Shown here piece by piece: positions 1-11,947 of a stretch of DNA of 64,000 bases. Position 1 is the stretch's first letter. The number at the start of each line of letters is the position of its first letter. Under the pieces are notes generated by a model that worked only from the letters and a program-made list of their open reading frames with translations, was not told the origin of the DNA and made no database searches. The stretch is from NCBI GenBank assembly GCA_003971905.1, contig RSEE01000043.1, forward strand, positions 434,001 through 498,000, in the 5' to 3' direction. The position numbers and the translations under genes were made by a program. This DNA comes from Moniliella sp. 'wahieum'. Lineage: Eukaryota.

Positions 1-1861
1 TTCCCATCCAATCATTTCATCGGCAGACACCGCCTCCCGCAGCTGCAGCCATAACCCCAGTGTTCCTCCCGAGCCTCCCTCCCCTCCCCAAATCCAAGTG
101 TCGCCTTCCAGAAGTATGGCCCTCCATCTCCCCCAACACAGTCAAACCTAGCGGCCCCTAACCATGCGTCATCGACGGCCAACCTAGAATACGCCGCTTG
201 CACTGGCCGCCTCGATGCAAACCATTGCGGCGAGAGCGTGCTGGATCCAGAAAGTACTTCCACACCTCAACTAGTGTTGTGTACCCTAAGTCGGAGCAGC
301 AGCAGCGACAGCCTGACTGACACATCGTGCGATGAGGAGACTTGTACTTTGGAGGGGATCTCTCACTTCTGCCTGATGTACCAGAGCCACTGGATTCGCT
401 GGTGGAACATGTAAGGGCAGCGTTCAATCCGGATCATGGAGCAAGTCGAGCCCTCATTCGGACGATTGGGCTACACCATACGAATTCTCCCCGGTCAGTC
501 CTCTCGGTCTTGGGATTAACCCTCCAGGTCGGTCTCGATCCAGTACTGCCCCTCAACTCCCGCTGGACCGGACAAAGAGGAGATGGTGTGCTCAAGTGAA
601 TCCATCCCGAAATCGAGGCTTCCTCCGCAGCCTTCGGTTGGTACGATACGTCGTGCAACTTCTGCTCATTTGAGCCGGTCTCGCGGGCGCACTTCTCCCC
701 CGCCATCATCCTGGTTTCTATCTCGCAGAAGGGGGGCACATCACCTCAGGACTGGTGCATCGATCAACAATGGCATTCCGGATGAATTGAAAGGGGGAAC
801 AAATGCTGACTACTACTGTCCCTCCATCCCGCTTCGCTCCACGGACCACATTCCGCAAGGCCAGTCGAGCGCCACGGCCGACCTATCTAGGTGGAACCAA
901 GGGGAATCCCGCTTGACATCCCTTTGTTCTGTCCCTGCTGGAGCTGATCAACCCGAATTGCCTCGACGTCTGCAGCACCACATACCAGTGGCCAGGTTGA
1001 ATTTCCCTTGTCGTCTTCCAACCCTCGGGAAAGTATGTCAATGGGGCGCCATGCTCGTATCCGATCTTGGACCGCAGGGTCGTATGCTCCTCTCTTTTCG
1101 TTTTCTTCACGAGCCTCAGTCTCCTTCTCATCTCCCCGTGGTATTTGCCGGAGCTCGTCATTCGACAGAGCCCAGTCGCCCTCTTCAGTCAGTTATCTAC
1201 CGCCTTCCAAGTTGACCATTACCGAACGCCGGTCGTCGGTTCCAGCAAGGGCGGGAAGATTGTCTGACCCTCCGTCCGTCAGCCCATTACCAAACTCCGC
1301 GACCAGTTTGCCTCGCTCTTCGGTCCAACACCAAGGAGGAATTCGAGTTTGGGCATGGGACTAAGTACATTGGCCATGTCAATCAAGACTGGGGTTCGGT
1401 CTTCCACTTGGTCTTTGCCCTTGGCGCGCAATGGCTCAATACACGCGGTGGGAGATGAGTGTGTTACTACATCGTTTCAGCAGGGCTCCCATTCCACGGA
1501 TGCGATTGGCATGGTACCTTCCGATCGCCGTTTCTCTTGCCCTCAGTCTTTTCTGCAACGACGAGCCACCTTCTCCCGCAAACGGAAGCAAGCGATGAGC
1601 CCCCTTTCTCCTCCCCCTCAACCTCTTCCCCCGTTGGATAGCCGTCCTGCCATCCCCCGTCGCACCCAGTCGGCAGCTACCTTGCTCTTGTTCCAGAGGG
1701 ACAGCGAGGTACTTTCCCCTGGTTCACCCACTTTGGTCGACTCCGCCCCTGCTCCCTTACCCGTCCACAAACGGTTCAGGGCCTCTTTGCTCGCTCGGGG
1801 CTTGCTGCACCTTCTTGATCTTTCTAAATACTTGTCCCACACTGGTTGTGTGTGCATCTAG
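1..1861 (+). CDS. 3' part of a hypothetical Ser/Pro-rich protein (frameshifted, start lies outside the window)
   Basis: Chain of overlapping + strand ORFs (342-599, 583-1215, 1008-1364, 1349-1861) with protein-like composition, followed by a T-rich 3'UTR-like tract converging on CHL1. No domain recognised. Confidence 0.35.
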
Positions 1862-2359
1862 TGCGTCTTCTATTCTTTCTCTGACCCCCGCACTCGGTGG
1901 TGCCCCTCTCTTTTTTTGCCCGACAGCGTCTTGTCATTTGTGCTGTCGGATGTGAGATCTGACTCTTCAAGTTTTGGGCGTTGCCCCACTTCCGTATTGG
2001 AAGTTGTATTCTCCATCCTAGACCGGGCTGCTGGTTGGCCTTGTTTCCTGTGTCCTTTTATGTTACTGTGCCTGAATAATTAGCAGGCGAAGAAAGCACT
2101 ATATGATCTACAGGCCGCATATGCACCACACCCGAAGGATGAACCAAAGACAGATTGCACGTTGATACGTTGAGAGAAAACAAGGCCGGTAGCTCACCGC
2201 ATCCGGATCACAAACCCGGCATCTGTCAACTCGGCGGACATGCGCTGGGACCTATACCTAGTTGGCAGGTGATGTGGCTGAGGCGTATCCAATTGCGCTT
2301 GGGGCTGCCAATGCCAATCAGACAACACCTCTATCCCCCAGCGCCCTCCCCCCCCCTTC

Positions 2360-5300
2360 TCATCTGTGCCCCATAAAAAAGGAAACAACGTCTCGTAGAG
2401 TCTCAGGGAACGTCCGGGGCTTGCGCAGCCCCCCTGGCCCCGTCCCAGCCGTCGCTGAATCTGGCGAGCCCGAGGTGATCCATCCGGGCAGGCGTGCCTC
2501 GATGTCGGAGCGAGTATAGCGCGCGTCGACAAGGAGTAGCGCGGCATAGTCGCCCGCATGTCGGATCGCCCTTCCAATGCTTTGGTTAACGGCCCGCATG
2601 CACATGTTCATGTACAGCTCCTTGCCTGCGTCGGTGCTACTTGCGCGTGGCTGGTTCTCGCGCGCAAAGCGCATGCGTTCTTGTAGTTCGGCGCTTCCGG
2701 CGTGCGGAAAGGGAGGCCAAGCACCACCACCGCCCCAGCCAAATCGTCAGCAAAGTTGATCCCTTCGCTCAGCTTGGCGCCCACTACAGCAAACAAAAGT
2801 GCGCCGCGCCTTCGTCCACTGGGAGCGGCCTTGACAGCCGCGGCATACTCCCCCAGCGCCTCTACTTCGCCACTCGAGTTTGGTTCGTAGAAGAGGGATT
2901 TGCGGTCCGCCAGTTTGCCCAACATACCACTGGCTTGCCATCGCGCTTTGTATGCCGCCAGGACGGCATAGGAAGGAACGAATACGACCATTCCGTGTGG
3001 CACGATCGAGGCTACGTTGAGCAAGACTTGACCCAACTCGTCCGTCTGACAGAAAGAAGCAAGTTCATCCGGATGAGCCAACACACCAAGCAGGACAACA
3101 GGAGGGGCACACACCATTTGCGTATCCGATCGTTTCTCGTACGTCAACTCCAACCGTCTTCCTGACGGGCCAACGGACACAACAGTCGTCAGGACATTTT
3201 TGGAGGGGATAATGTGCCCGCAGGAAAGCTTATCAACCGCGTCCTCTGCGACCGAAGGAAATAGTTGCGCCACCACGGGTGCCATGGGTGACATGGTCCC
3301 ACCGGCCAAAACGACAGACCGGGCGGATTGGACAACAGGCGCAAACGCCTTACCCCATCCAGCAGTTGATACTTGATACTCACGTTGCGACCCAGGTCTG
3401 CTTCGCTCCCGGCTTGGACACGCAGAAGGACTCGACCATCTCCATCGGACGAGCGAGACTGTCGAGAAAACGGGCAAGGGTGTGAAGAATGGGAAGGCTG
3501 CTCCGCAAGGGGGTCTGACTACTTGGGTTTGCTTTGGCTGCCCGTCGAGCGGCAACGTCCGCGTACCCTGCCAATTTCCGTAGCAACTTGCTCTCATGAA
3601 GGAACCGAGAAAGCGCAGCGAGCTGATCTGGTGGTGTCAGTATTCGTAATTGGAATTGAGGAAGAAGCGAGAGAAGACGTACGTTGATCAGATCCCCTGT
3701 TCCGCCCATCTGCGCGACAAACTTGCTGGCGGTCAAGATGGCTTCTTTGGGCTTGAAGCGAGTCCCAGAAGGGAAGAGGTCCGGCACGCCATTACCATTG
3801 GACCGAGGGGGTCCTTTCCCCATTTCAAGAAGAGGCGGCTTGGGATTGCCCTGGCCATGGCCATTAGTCTTGCTGCTCGGTTGCGCCACTGCTTCCAAAG
3901 CCCAATTCCGTATGGCTGTCACCATGACTGTCAGTGCAGCCACCAAGCGACGAATTTGGACCTCGTTGTCCCCACGGAGACGAGTAGCAAACCGAGTGAG
4001 ATAGGCTTGGGTGGCCTCCAGCGCGCTGCGCACATCCGCCAAAGTGAGCGACAAGGTGTATTGTCCCAGGACCGTATCAACCAGGTTATGGGCCTCATCG
4101 ATGAGCACTACATTGTCCTTGAGTGTCACGCCCCCTGAATTTGGCTCTGAGGCACTCAACAACAAGTTGTAGGGTGCGGTAACGAGATGGGCAGTACGGG
4201 CGGCAGCGCGCGAGGCAAAATAGGGACATACTCCTAAGTCCCGTCCAAGTGAGGCAAGGTCCTCAATGTCTCGCACTTGGGCAAACGCATGGGAGCGGAA
4301 CAGGATGGTGCGTTCTAATCCCTCGGTGTAGGCGGGGGGCAAACGGGCACCGGCAACCCTCTTCGTCAGGCGAATCAGCGAGGGAAGAGGAAGTGGTGGT
4401 GCGTTCGTTCTTTCTTCGTTTGTTGGTTTCGGACCGTGGCGGTGCAGTGAGCAGTTCTCTGCACCGCTCATTCATCGCCTCTGTCCCTCTAGCCGCACCC
4501 ACAGAACGGACCTGGTCATTGATACACAACTGGGCTCGGCTGCCCAATGCAATGGCCCGCAGGGGGATGGTCTCCCATACCCATCCCTCGGACGCAGGCT
4601 TATCGGGTGGAAGACCCTCGGTCGCGGGATCCTCAACACCAATCTCGACACGGGGACCCCCACGAAGCGGTGCAACCGAACGAACCGGTTTGACACGAAG
4701 CCCATGCTGGGCAAACCGCGTCTTGCGCACTTCGGCGGCAAACTGGGTCAATTGGCTGTGCGTGCGGCTGGCCAAGATGATTTGGGGTTTGGTTTCCTGG
4801 GTCAGCAACTCTTCCAACTCGCGCCCGCCTTGATCCGCCCTCGGATATGGAGTCAACGCCGTCCCGCGTGTCAAACTCGCATGCAGTGCTCCCCGACCCG
4901 ATCCCGACGTTGCGACTCGTACGTTGCAACAGCGCTTTCAGCTCGGGTGTCAAACCGGCTTCGTCTGCTTCAGGCGTGGGGGTGCCGAGGAAAGCAGCCA
5001 TCTCGTCCGCCACCGAGACATTGGTTTCGTGTTCACCCAGAATAAAACGATCGTCGTCCGCCTCGTCTCCGACATCGATATGCGGACGCGCATGCTTATG
5101 CGAGGTAGCGTACGACCTACCAGTCCGCCCGGCTGGAACGAGGGTGCGAGCAGGCGCCGTTGCTTTGGCTTGGACCAACGTTGCTCCTGTCGACGAGCGG
5201 TGGCAATGCGCTGGCTCAAGTCCCGTTCCGCCTCGGCTGCCCATCTCGTTCCTTGGCGAGCGCGTGGGCAGTAACCCAGTCGGGTACATCGTCATCGTCG

Positions 5301-5631
5301 GCCAGGCTGGGGGCGGCATGGTGCGAGGGGAGAGTTGAGTGGACAAAGGTGCAGCCGTAAGGGCACCACGCGTGGAACGCTGCATGTTGTGCTCGATCCA
5401 TGTCAGCGCGGCACACGCAAGCGACAGTGACTTGCCCGTGCCAGTGGGCGACTCGAAGATGCCAGCGTGGCCATGCTCAATGCAGTGGAACAGGGCGCGC
5501 ATGAGCGTGAGCTGGATGGTGTACGCCTGGGAATGGGGGAAACCAAAGGCACGCGAGGCGGCCTGTGCGTCCGACTCGGACGCGGAGGGCGTGGGGAGAA
5601 CGAGCGCTCCGGCGGATGAAGCAGTGGCCAT
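2360..5631 (-). CDS. CHL1: ATP-dependent Fe-S DNA helicase Chl1/DDX11 (XPD family)
   Basis: Q-motif FPHSQAYTIQ, Walker A ESPTGTGKS, ASRTHSQL, Fe-S cysteines (QLCIN, NERC, CPF, CPYFASR), DEAH box (IDEAHNL), VVLAGGTMSP, GAKLSEGINF, VNQSIGRAIRH. Introns near 3050-3116 and 3625-3683. Several 1-nt frameshifts. Confidence 0.93.
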
Positions 5632-6539
5632 GGCGGCGGATTGGGGTGGTGGTGGTGGTGGTGCCCATCGATCGAACGAGGCCAGTGGCAAGCGAGGCCA
5701 CTGCGCCAGAAGGAGCCCCCGCGTCAAGCCATATTAACACCCCAACGAAGTGGCCAAAATTCTCCAACGCGCCGCGTCGATGCATGGAGGACGCGTGTGA
5801 ACATTGAACATTGAATATTGACCCCGACACGTGACCAGTACACAGGCCACCCGGAACTCGCGATAAGAAGGCGGCGAAGATGGGGCACATCGATGGGATA
5901 ATTTTTGAGGCCTCGAGGAATCAATAGGCGACATGATGGCGTTTTGCGTCCTGGATGAGTTGGGTACCAGCCTAAAGCATTGTTCCTGGGCCGGCAAAAA
6001 AGTCGGTGCTGTGAGTACAAATAACATCTCAACAAATTAAGGCAAAGGGATGGCAAAAGAGGATGGCAACTACTAGAGGAGAACCCGGTCGTCTCAGGAG
6101 GAAGTATAGGGGGGTGGCAATTGTGGTCTAGCTCCCATCTTCGCACATATCTCAAGCTCGTCCACCTCCGCCGGCGATGATCGATGATGCTGTCGAGACA
6201 CGCGAAAAGTGGACGATCCACTGCCCACCAATAAACCGTGCCCTGCCGTGCCCAGCCCCTTGTGCCGTGTTGACGGCCTTGCCTCCAGACGCGAACAACG
6301 GCCCACCAGCAGTGGGCTGAATGTGTATTACAACCCCTATGTGGATCCTGCCGCTATCGGGCCACGACAAACGGCATCCCAGCGAGGCGATTAACATTCC
6401 CATTTCCCCCACAGAACCTCTCCCGGGCCCTATCATCATGGCATGCGACATTCCGATTATGCCCCTGGCAAAGTCGCGGCTGAGCTGGTGGTGGCTGTGC
6501 GCGAGCGGACCTTGCCGCGGCTACGGACTGGTCCACGGG

Positions 6540-9500
6540 TCACTCCCCCCCGACGACGTGGCGTGTCCTCTCGTTGGCCCTCGGAGGCCTCCTCTTCTTT
6601 TGGCGGTCCAGCTCCTCCTTTTGTTGGGCTAGCTTTTGGGCATGCTGCTCGGCCGCCACCCGGAGTGCCACGTAGGCCGGCGGCTCTTTCCCACGCAATT
6701 GGCTCTGGGTTTGGTGCCACGCCTCCCCTGCCTCACGAGCTTTGAAGGCGCGTTCGTGCCGTACCTGCGTGGTGCGGAAGTGGGCCAAGAGTTCGGACCA
6801 CTTGACCCCTTCCTTTCGTGCGGCGGCCGTGTAGTTGGTGGCGTACGAGCTGCGCGGGGGAGGCGGATGCGTCCCTAGGCCAGCCACGACCGACAGGCGA
6901 GAGCGCAAGGTGGTGAATGCCGAGGATTGCGGAAGCAACATCAGCAGCCCGTACAGACATTTGGACAGGTACGGGTACCGCTCTGGCTCCAGTAACTGCA
7001 GGCGGAGATATGTAAAGACGGGGCTTTCAAGCAGCTGGATCAGCTTGTCCACTTGCACCAAGAGGGAGACAGAGAGATCAAACTCAGAGGCAAAGATAGC
7101 GAGCAGGCTGGAAGCCTGCTCATAAGCCTGTGACAAGAGACACAGACTGAACACGGCGATCGAGTTGTGTGACCAGCTCTTAAAGAGCGCAACAAATAGG
7201 TTGAGCGAGTCCCGGTCTTTGCCCCCCTCCAGGACAGTACGCAGACGGCGACGTACGTTGCCCAGCTCGGGTGAGGTGATGAGGATGAAGTTAAGGTTCT
7301 GAACCATGTGCGATGCAAATTCCAGATCCTCCTCTCGCTCCAAAATCTCGGCCAATGCCCTCAAGGTGCGTTCGGGATGCAGCTTGACGCACAACTGGCG
7401 CACAATTAGGCTGCCCCGGGCATCCAGAAAGTGGCGGTCCGAGATAAAAAGCGACATGAGGTCGGCCATGAACATGCGGAAGTAGCCTTCGTTGATACCA
7501 CTCGAGACCGATGCCGATGCCGAGGTGTATGACAGCTGTGCCAGGAGCCGTAAGTCCGTCTCTACCACATCGTCTGAGGGGTCGCGGAGAGTCTGGAGTA
7601 ACAGTTCGTACGTCTGCTGGCCATCCACCGTTTCGGTAGCCAGGGCCAAAAACTTGGAAGGGCCTTTGCGATGCAGCATCATCAGCCACTCAAGGGCGGT
7701 AACTCGTGTCTGGTCATGCCAATTGGAAGGCCGCATCTGCACGAGCGCATCGATGGTTTGCCTCCAGTCAAAAAAGTCGGGCGTCGGTTCCTCAGCCTCG
7801 ACGGGATCAAGAGGGAGAGTCCCAATTGGCGGCGAGTCCAACGACGCGAGTGAAACAGGCTTGTTGGCCGTCGACGAGGACAAGATGCGGGCAGCAGGGC
7901 CTGACTTCGACAGCACAGAGTTGCGCGCGAGAGGGGCTGGAGGTGCCATTTGGTGAGGAGGATGTGACAATTCAAATGGAGCATTGCTCGGGTTGGGAAG
8001 GGCTTGGATCACTTTGAACAGGTTTAGATTGGTTTTGTTGGCCGTCTCGCGGATTGTGGCGTTCGTGTGAGCAATAAGTGGCAGTAGAACGGGGAGCAGT
8101 TCAGGGGTGAAAGGTACAACCACATCTTGGGCGATCTCTAAAAAGTCGGAGAGCCACTGGAGGGAAGTGGCGAGGATATCCTCGTCTTAGCAGAAAGGTG
8201 TCAGTATGTACTAGCTGGAATGGTCAGGAGGGCACCTACTCTCTTCTCGAGCCAAACCAATTAGGATGCAAACGATTGCCGCATAATCAATGTGCACATC
8301 GCGTCCAGGGAACCACTGCTCATTCCATCCGGTTGGGTTTCTGTATCGGAAAGTTCATTCTCCGACTCAAGCAGTTCCTCCTCCTCTTCCTCTTCTTCCT
8401 TCTCCTCATCTTGATCGGAGTCATCCTCGCTCCCTTGGACGCATCTTCGTCCACTTGGTTAGTGTCCGCGAAGGGATCGTCCTTATCCATCTTAGCCTCC
8501 TGGTCCTTCTCCGTCTTTTCCTTTCCAGCATCATCGGATACCATCTTGGCTTCGGGGTCGGGATCAGTACCTTCCTCTGTTTTCCCCTCTGCTGCATCAA
8601 CATCCGCCTTGTCATTAACTTGATCCTCTTCCTGTGCCGGGCCATGCTGTGGGGATAAGGGTTCAGTCACCACATCAGAGGGCGGGTCGGTAGGAAGCTC
8701 AGCTTTGTCGTTCGTCTCCTTCTCCGTCTCCTTGTCCTTGTCTTTGTCCTTTCCTTCGTTTTCTCCTTTTCCTTCTCCACGTCCTTCTCCTTCTCAACCC
8801 CTTTCTCTTTCCCTTTCTCCTTCTCGTTATGCCCCTTTACTTGTCCCTCTTGGGGCGGCGCGGCCTCCAGTCCCGCCTCAGAAGGGTTCTCGACCGCTGA
8901 CGCGGGGGAATCCGGCGATTCAGGACGAGTGCGTTTTATACGCGGGATGCGCGAGGGAATGGGCTTTTTCTTGGGAGGAGTCGACGAGAGGAGGATAGGA
9001 GAGATGCGTCCCGAAGGCTGGAGGGAAGGGGAAGGGGGCGGTGAAGGAGACAGCGCGCTCTTCCTCCCCTTCGATGGATGGGCGAGGGCAAAACGTCTGC
9101 GGCGGGCATTGTCCTTGATCTCATCGAGGAAGTTGTCGAGGACATGAGCAGTGGAAGTGCGCAGGTCCTGATTGGCGTCGTCGAGGTAGCGGAACAAGCC
9201 ATCGAGAAAGTCAGAGAGGAAAGAAACGAGCTCTAGTTGCGGGATTGAGTCAAGCACGGTGATCCACGAGACGAGAAAGTCCCTGGTAAAGGGAGAGACG
9301 GCGTGGATCCGCTCACTGAGGAGGGGGACAAAACGGGCGAGCGAGAAGGTCTTGATTGCTTCCAACTCCCGTTCGCGGCCGTCGAGTGCAAGCTCTGCTG
9401 CTGTAGTAGGAGCGCCATTTAGTGGCAACGCCGCTTCTGTATAGGCCGGGTCTCCCACTTGTGCACGAGAGACATAATAGGGTGCCGACTCGCAGACAAT

Positions 9501-10009
9501 GTCTTTGAGGAGACGATCGACAAGCTCCGCTCCATTCTTGACGCTGGTCTCAGCGTCAGAGGCGAGCTTGGAGAGGACATCAAAGATCTCGTTGAAGTAA
9601 ACTAGGATCTCACCCTTGCATACCTTGACAATGTTGTAGAAGCTCTCACAGGCAAAGTAGCGGACGCGATTGTCGGGATCGGTGAAACAGGCAAGGATGG
9701 GGGGGACAATGAAGTCAAGATAGGGTGCACACTCGGTCCCTAGGGCGATGCTGAGCCCAGCCAAGCCAATCAACCCACCGTTCTTGGCGTTGGAGTTAGT
9801 GGAGCTGGTCCCGTATCCGTAGCCGTAACCGTTGTGGTCGTGCTGGCGGGAGTAGCAAGCAGGGCGCAGAGCTGCTCGACAATCTGATCGATGCGACCGC
9901 GCTCGCCGCGAGCCAGACACTCGCGCACCTGCCTCTCTAGCACGAGCGTCGCAGCCTTGCGCTTCTCGTACACCCGATCCACCAGACCCTTCTGAATGGA
10001 GGCGTCCAT
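6540..10009 (-). CDS. VAC14: Vacuole morphology protein Vac14 (scaffold of the PI(3,5)P2 Fab1/Fig4 complex)
   Basis: MDASIQKGLVDRVYEKRKAA, NGGLIGLA, RVRYFACESFYNIVKV, SVKNGAELVDRLLKDIV, QVDKLIQLLESPVFTYLRLQLLEP, LYGLLMLLPQSSAF. Intron 8186-8239. True stop may lie slightly further downstream (about 6350-6460) because of indels. Confidence 0.93.
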
Positions 10010-11947
10010 GAGGGGGGATGAATGGGGCGTAGAGGTAGAGGGTGGTGGGAAGGGCAGAAGGCGATTGCGGTACGAAACTGCCGCTCCAGCCCCTCTGCGC
10101 CGTCGACGATGCCGATGACCCTGGCCACGGCCAACGCCATCAGCATCACGCGCCACGCACCACAAATCAACGTTCAGCGTTCGACTCGGTTACTGAACGT
10201 TCAACGTTCGACTTGAACGTGCAACATGTGCAGCGCTGGGTTGGTGCTTCAACATTTCATATGGCGATTTCCCTCGTAGATGCCATCGGGTGTTGACAGT
10301 GGGCACAGTATATATAGTAGGTACCCAGAGGGAGTGTGACGGGTACTAAGTGCTCGTTGCCGTAAGCAGTCAATCGATGTCAACCTTGACTCCCTACCCC
10401 ATCCTCAATCCGCCTCCAGCTCAGCCATGGAGGTCTAGTTCAGCCCAAGGCGTGACCCAGGGGCCGGTGGAAGTTATTAATGGTCTGTCAGAGTGAGCCA
10501 TCTGGAGAAGAACTCTCTCAATCTTTGCGACAACCGCACGACACCATAAAAACAGTAAATTTTAGTGGCCGCTGCCATTTCATTGGATTTGGAGGTGTAA
10601 CAGTAACCCCCCTCTGCTGCCAGTTGTGTGACGCAGAGAAGCAGTACCCCACAGGTCCAGAGTGACCGGAATTTCCTGGGAGAGTTCGGTTAGGTCGGAA
10701 CCCCCGATGTAACATAAAACGTTACTAAACACACCCTCCGACGGAGATCATGTTTTCCCTTCTCCCCCCTCCTCCGTTTTAGTATGGATCCCCTATGCAC
10801 TTTCCTCTCAATCGTGCAGTCCCTTGCCTTCTTTATGGCTGTGTTTGTGTGGTCTACTGGAACTCATGTACTACACATGATAAATTTATCACTGAAAAAA
10901 ATCTTCATCAAGCCAACTACACATGCTGACGTCGCCTGCCTCTCATTTAACACAGCTCAGTGCATAATGATAACCAAGACAAGGTATACTATGACGGACA
11001 CGTCTCGCGGACATTTTGGCATTGGTTGTGCATGAATGACTCACACATCATGTAGAGGGTTACACGGGGCAGAGACGTCGTCCAACAATTGTTGGACAGT
11101 GGAGGTTTGCCTTTCTGCACACACAACTTACTGGTGTGCTGTGCATGATATCATTCTAGGAAGGCGGGTATTTCTAACGTTTTTCCCTGTGCTGTGACTA
11201 ATATATGGGGGCTTTACAGTACGGAGAGGCACCAGAACGGAGATATAAATACTGTGCGGCATAGTTATGCCCTTTTCTTCTTCTACCACATCTTTCATCC
11301 ATTAGCAGCATGTCACAGCCACCGCCGTGGTACGTGACACCTAAGCCATCGTATGTCCATCATGCTTTCGCTTACACTCGACGGGAGTGCATGTGCTGTG
11401 TGGAGAACTAACAACAAAGAATGGCACCCTCACCATAGATGGTGCTACCAGTGTCGCACCACGGTATCCAGCATGGATGGGACGTGCCCGGATTGCAAAG
11501 CGAACGTTAAGGCACTTTCCTAGATGCCCAATAATCTCAGTCACAGAAGTGTCGTGGTCCACAGGCCCTTCATTCTTACTCTTCTATTACCCTTTCCACC
11601 TTCGGCTCTTCATCTTTTTAACCCTTCTCGAGAACTTTATGCTGAGGGGAGGTCGGCATTGTCTCTTTCTCTTTGGCTTTGAATATCACATCTTTTCATC
11701 ATGTTTTTCTACCCATATATATGGCCATAAACTGTCTCTCTTTAAGTCACGTACTCATGTAATGCTATGAGCTGTTTCATATGACCGGGGTGCCTTACAG
11801 CCTAGTAGCAAGGCGACCGGAGTGTTGATAGGAACAATGCGTAACATATAGTACCATGAAGAGAACAACCTTAGATAGTATGGCCGCTGGCCTCGAGGGC
11901 GTGGACCGTGCGTGTATAACTGGTCCCGTCCTGCTCAAAATACTTTA

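Noticed and set aside
1840..1861. CaaX-like end (GCVCI*) suggesting a pheromone or prenylated protein
   Set aside because: The reading frame is unreliable, the ORF is too long for a lipopeptide pheromone, and no receptor or homeodomain mating-type genes are nearby.
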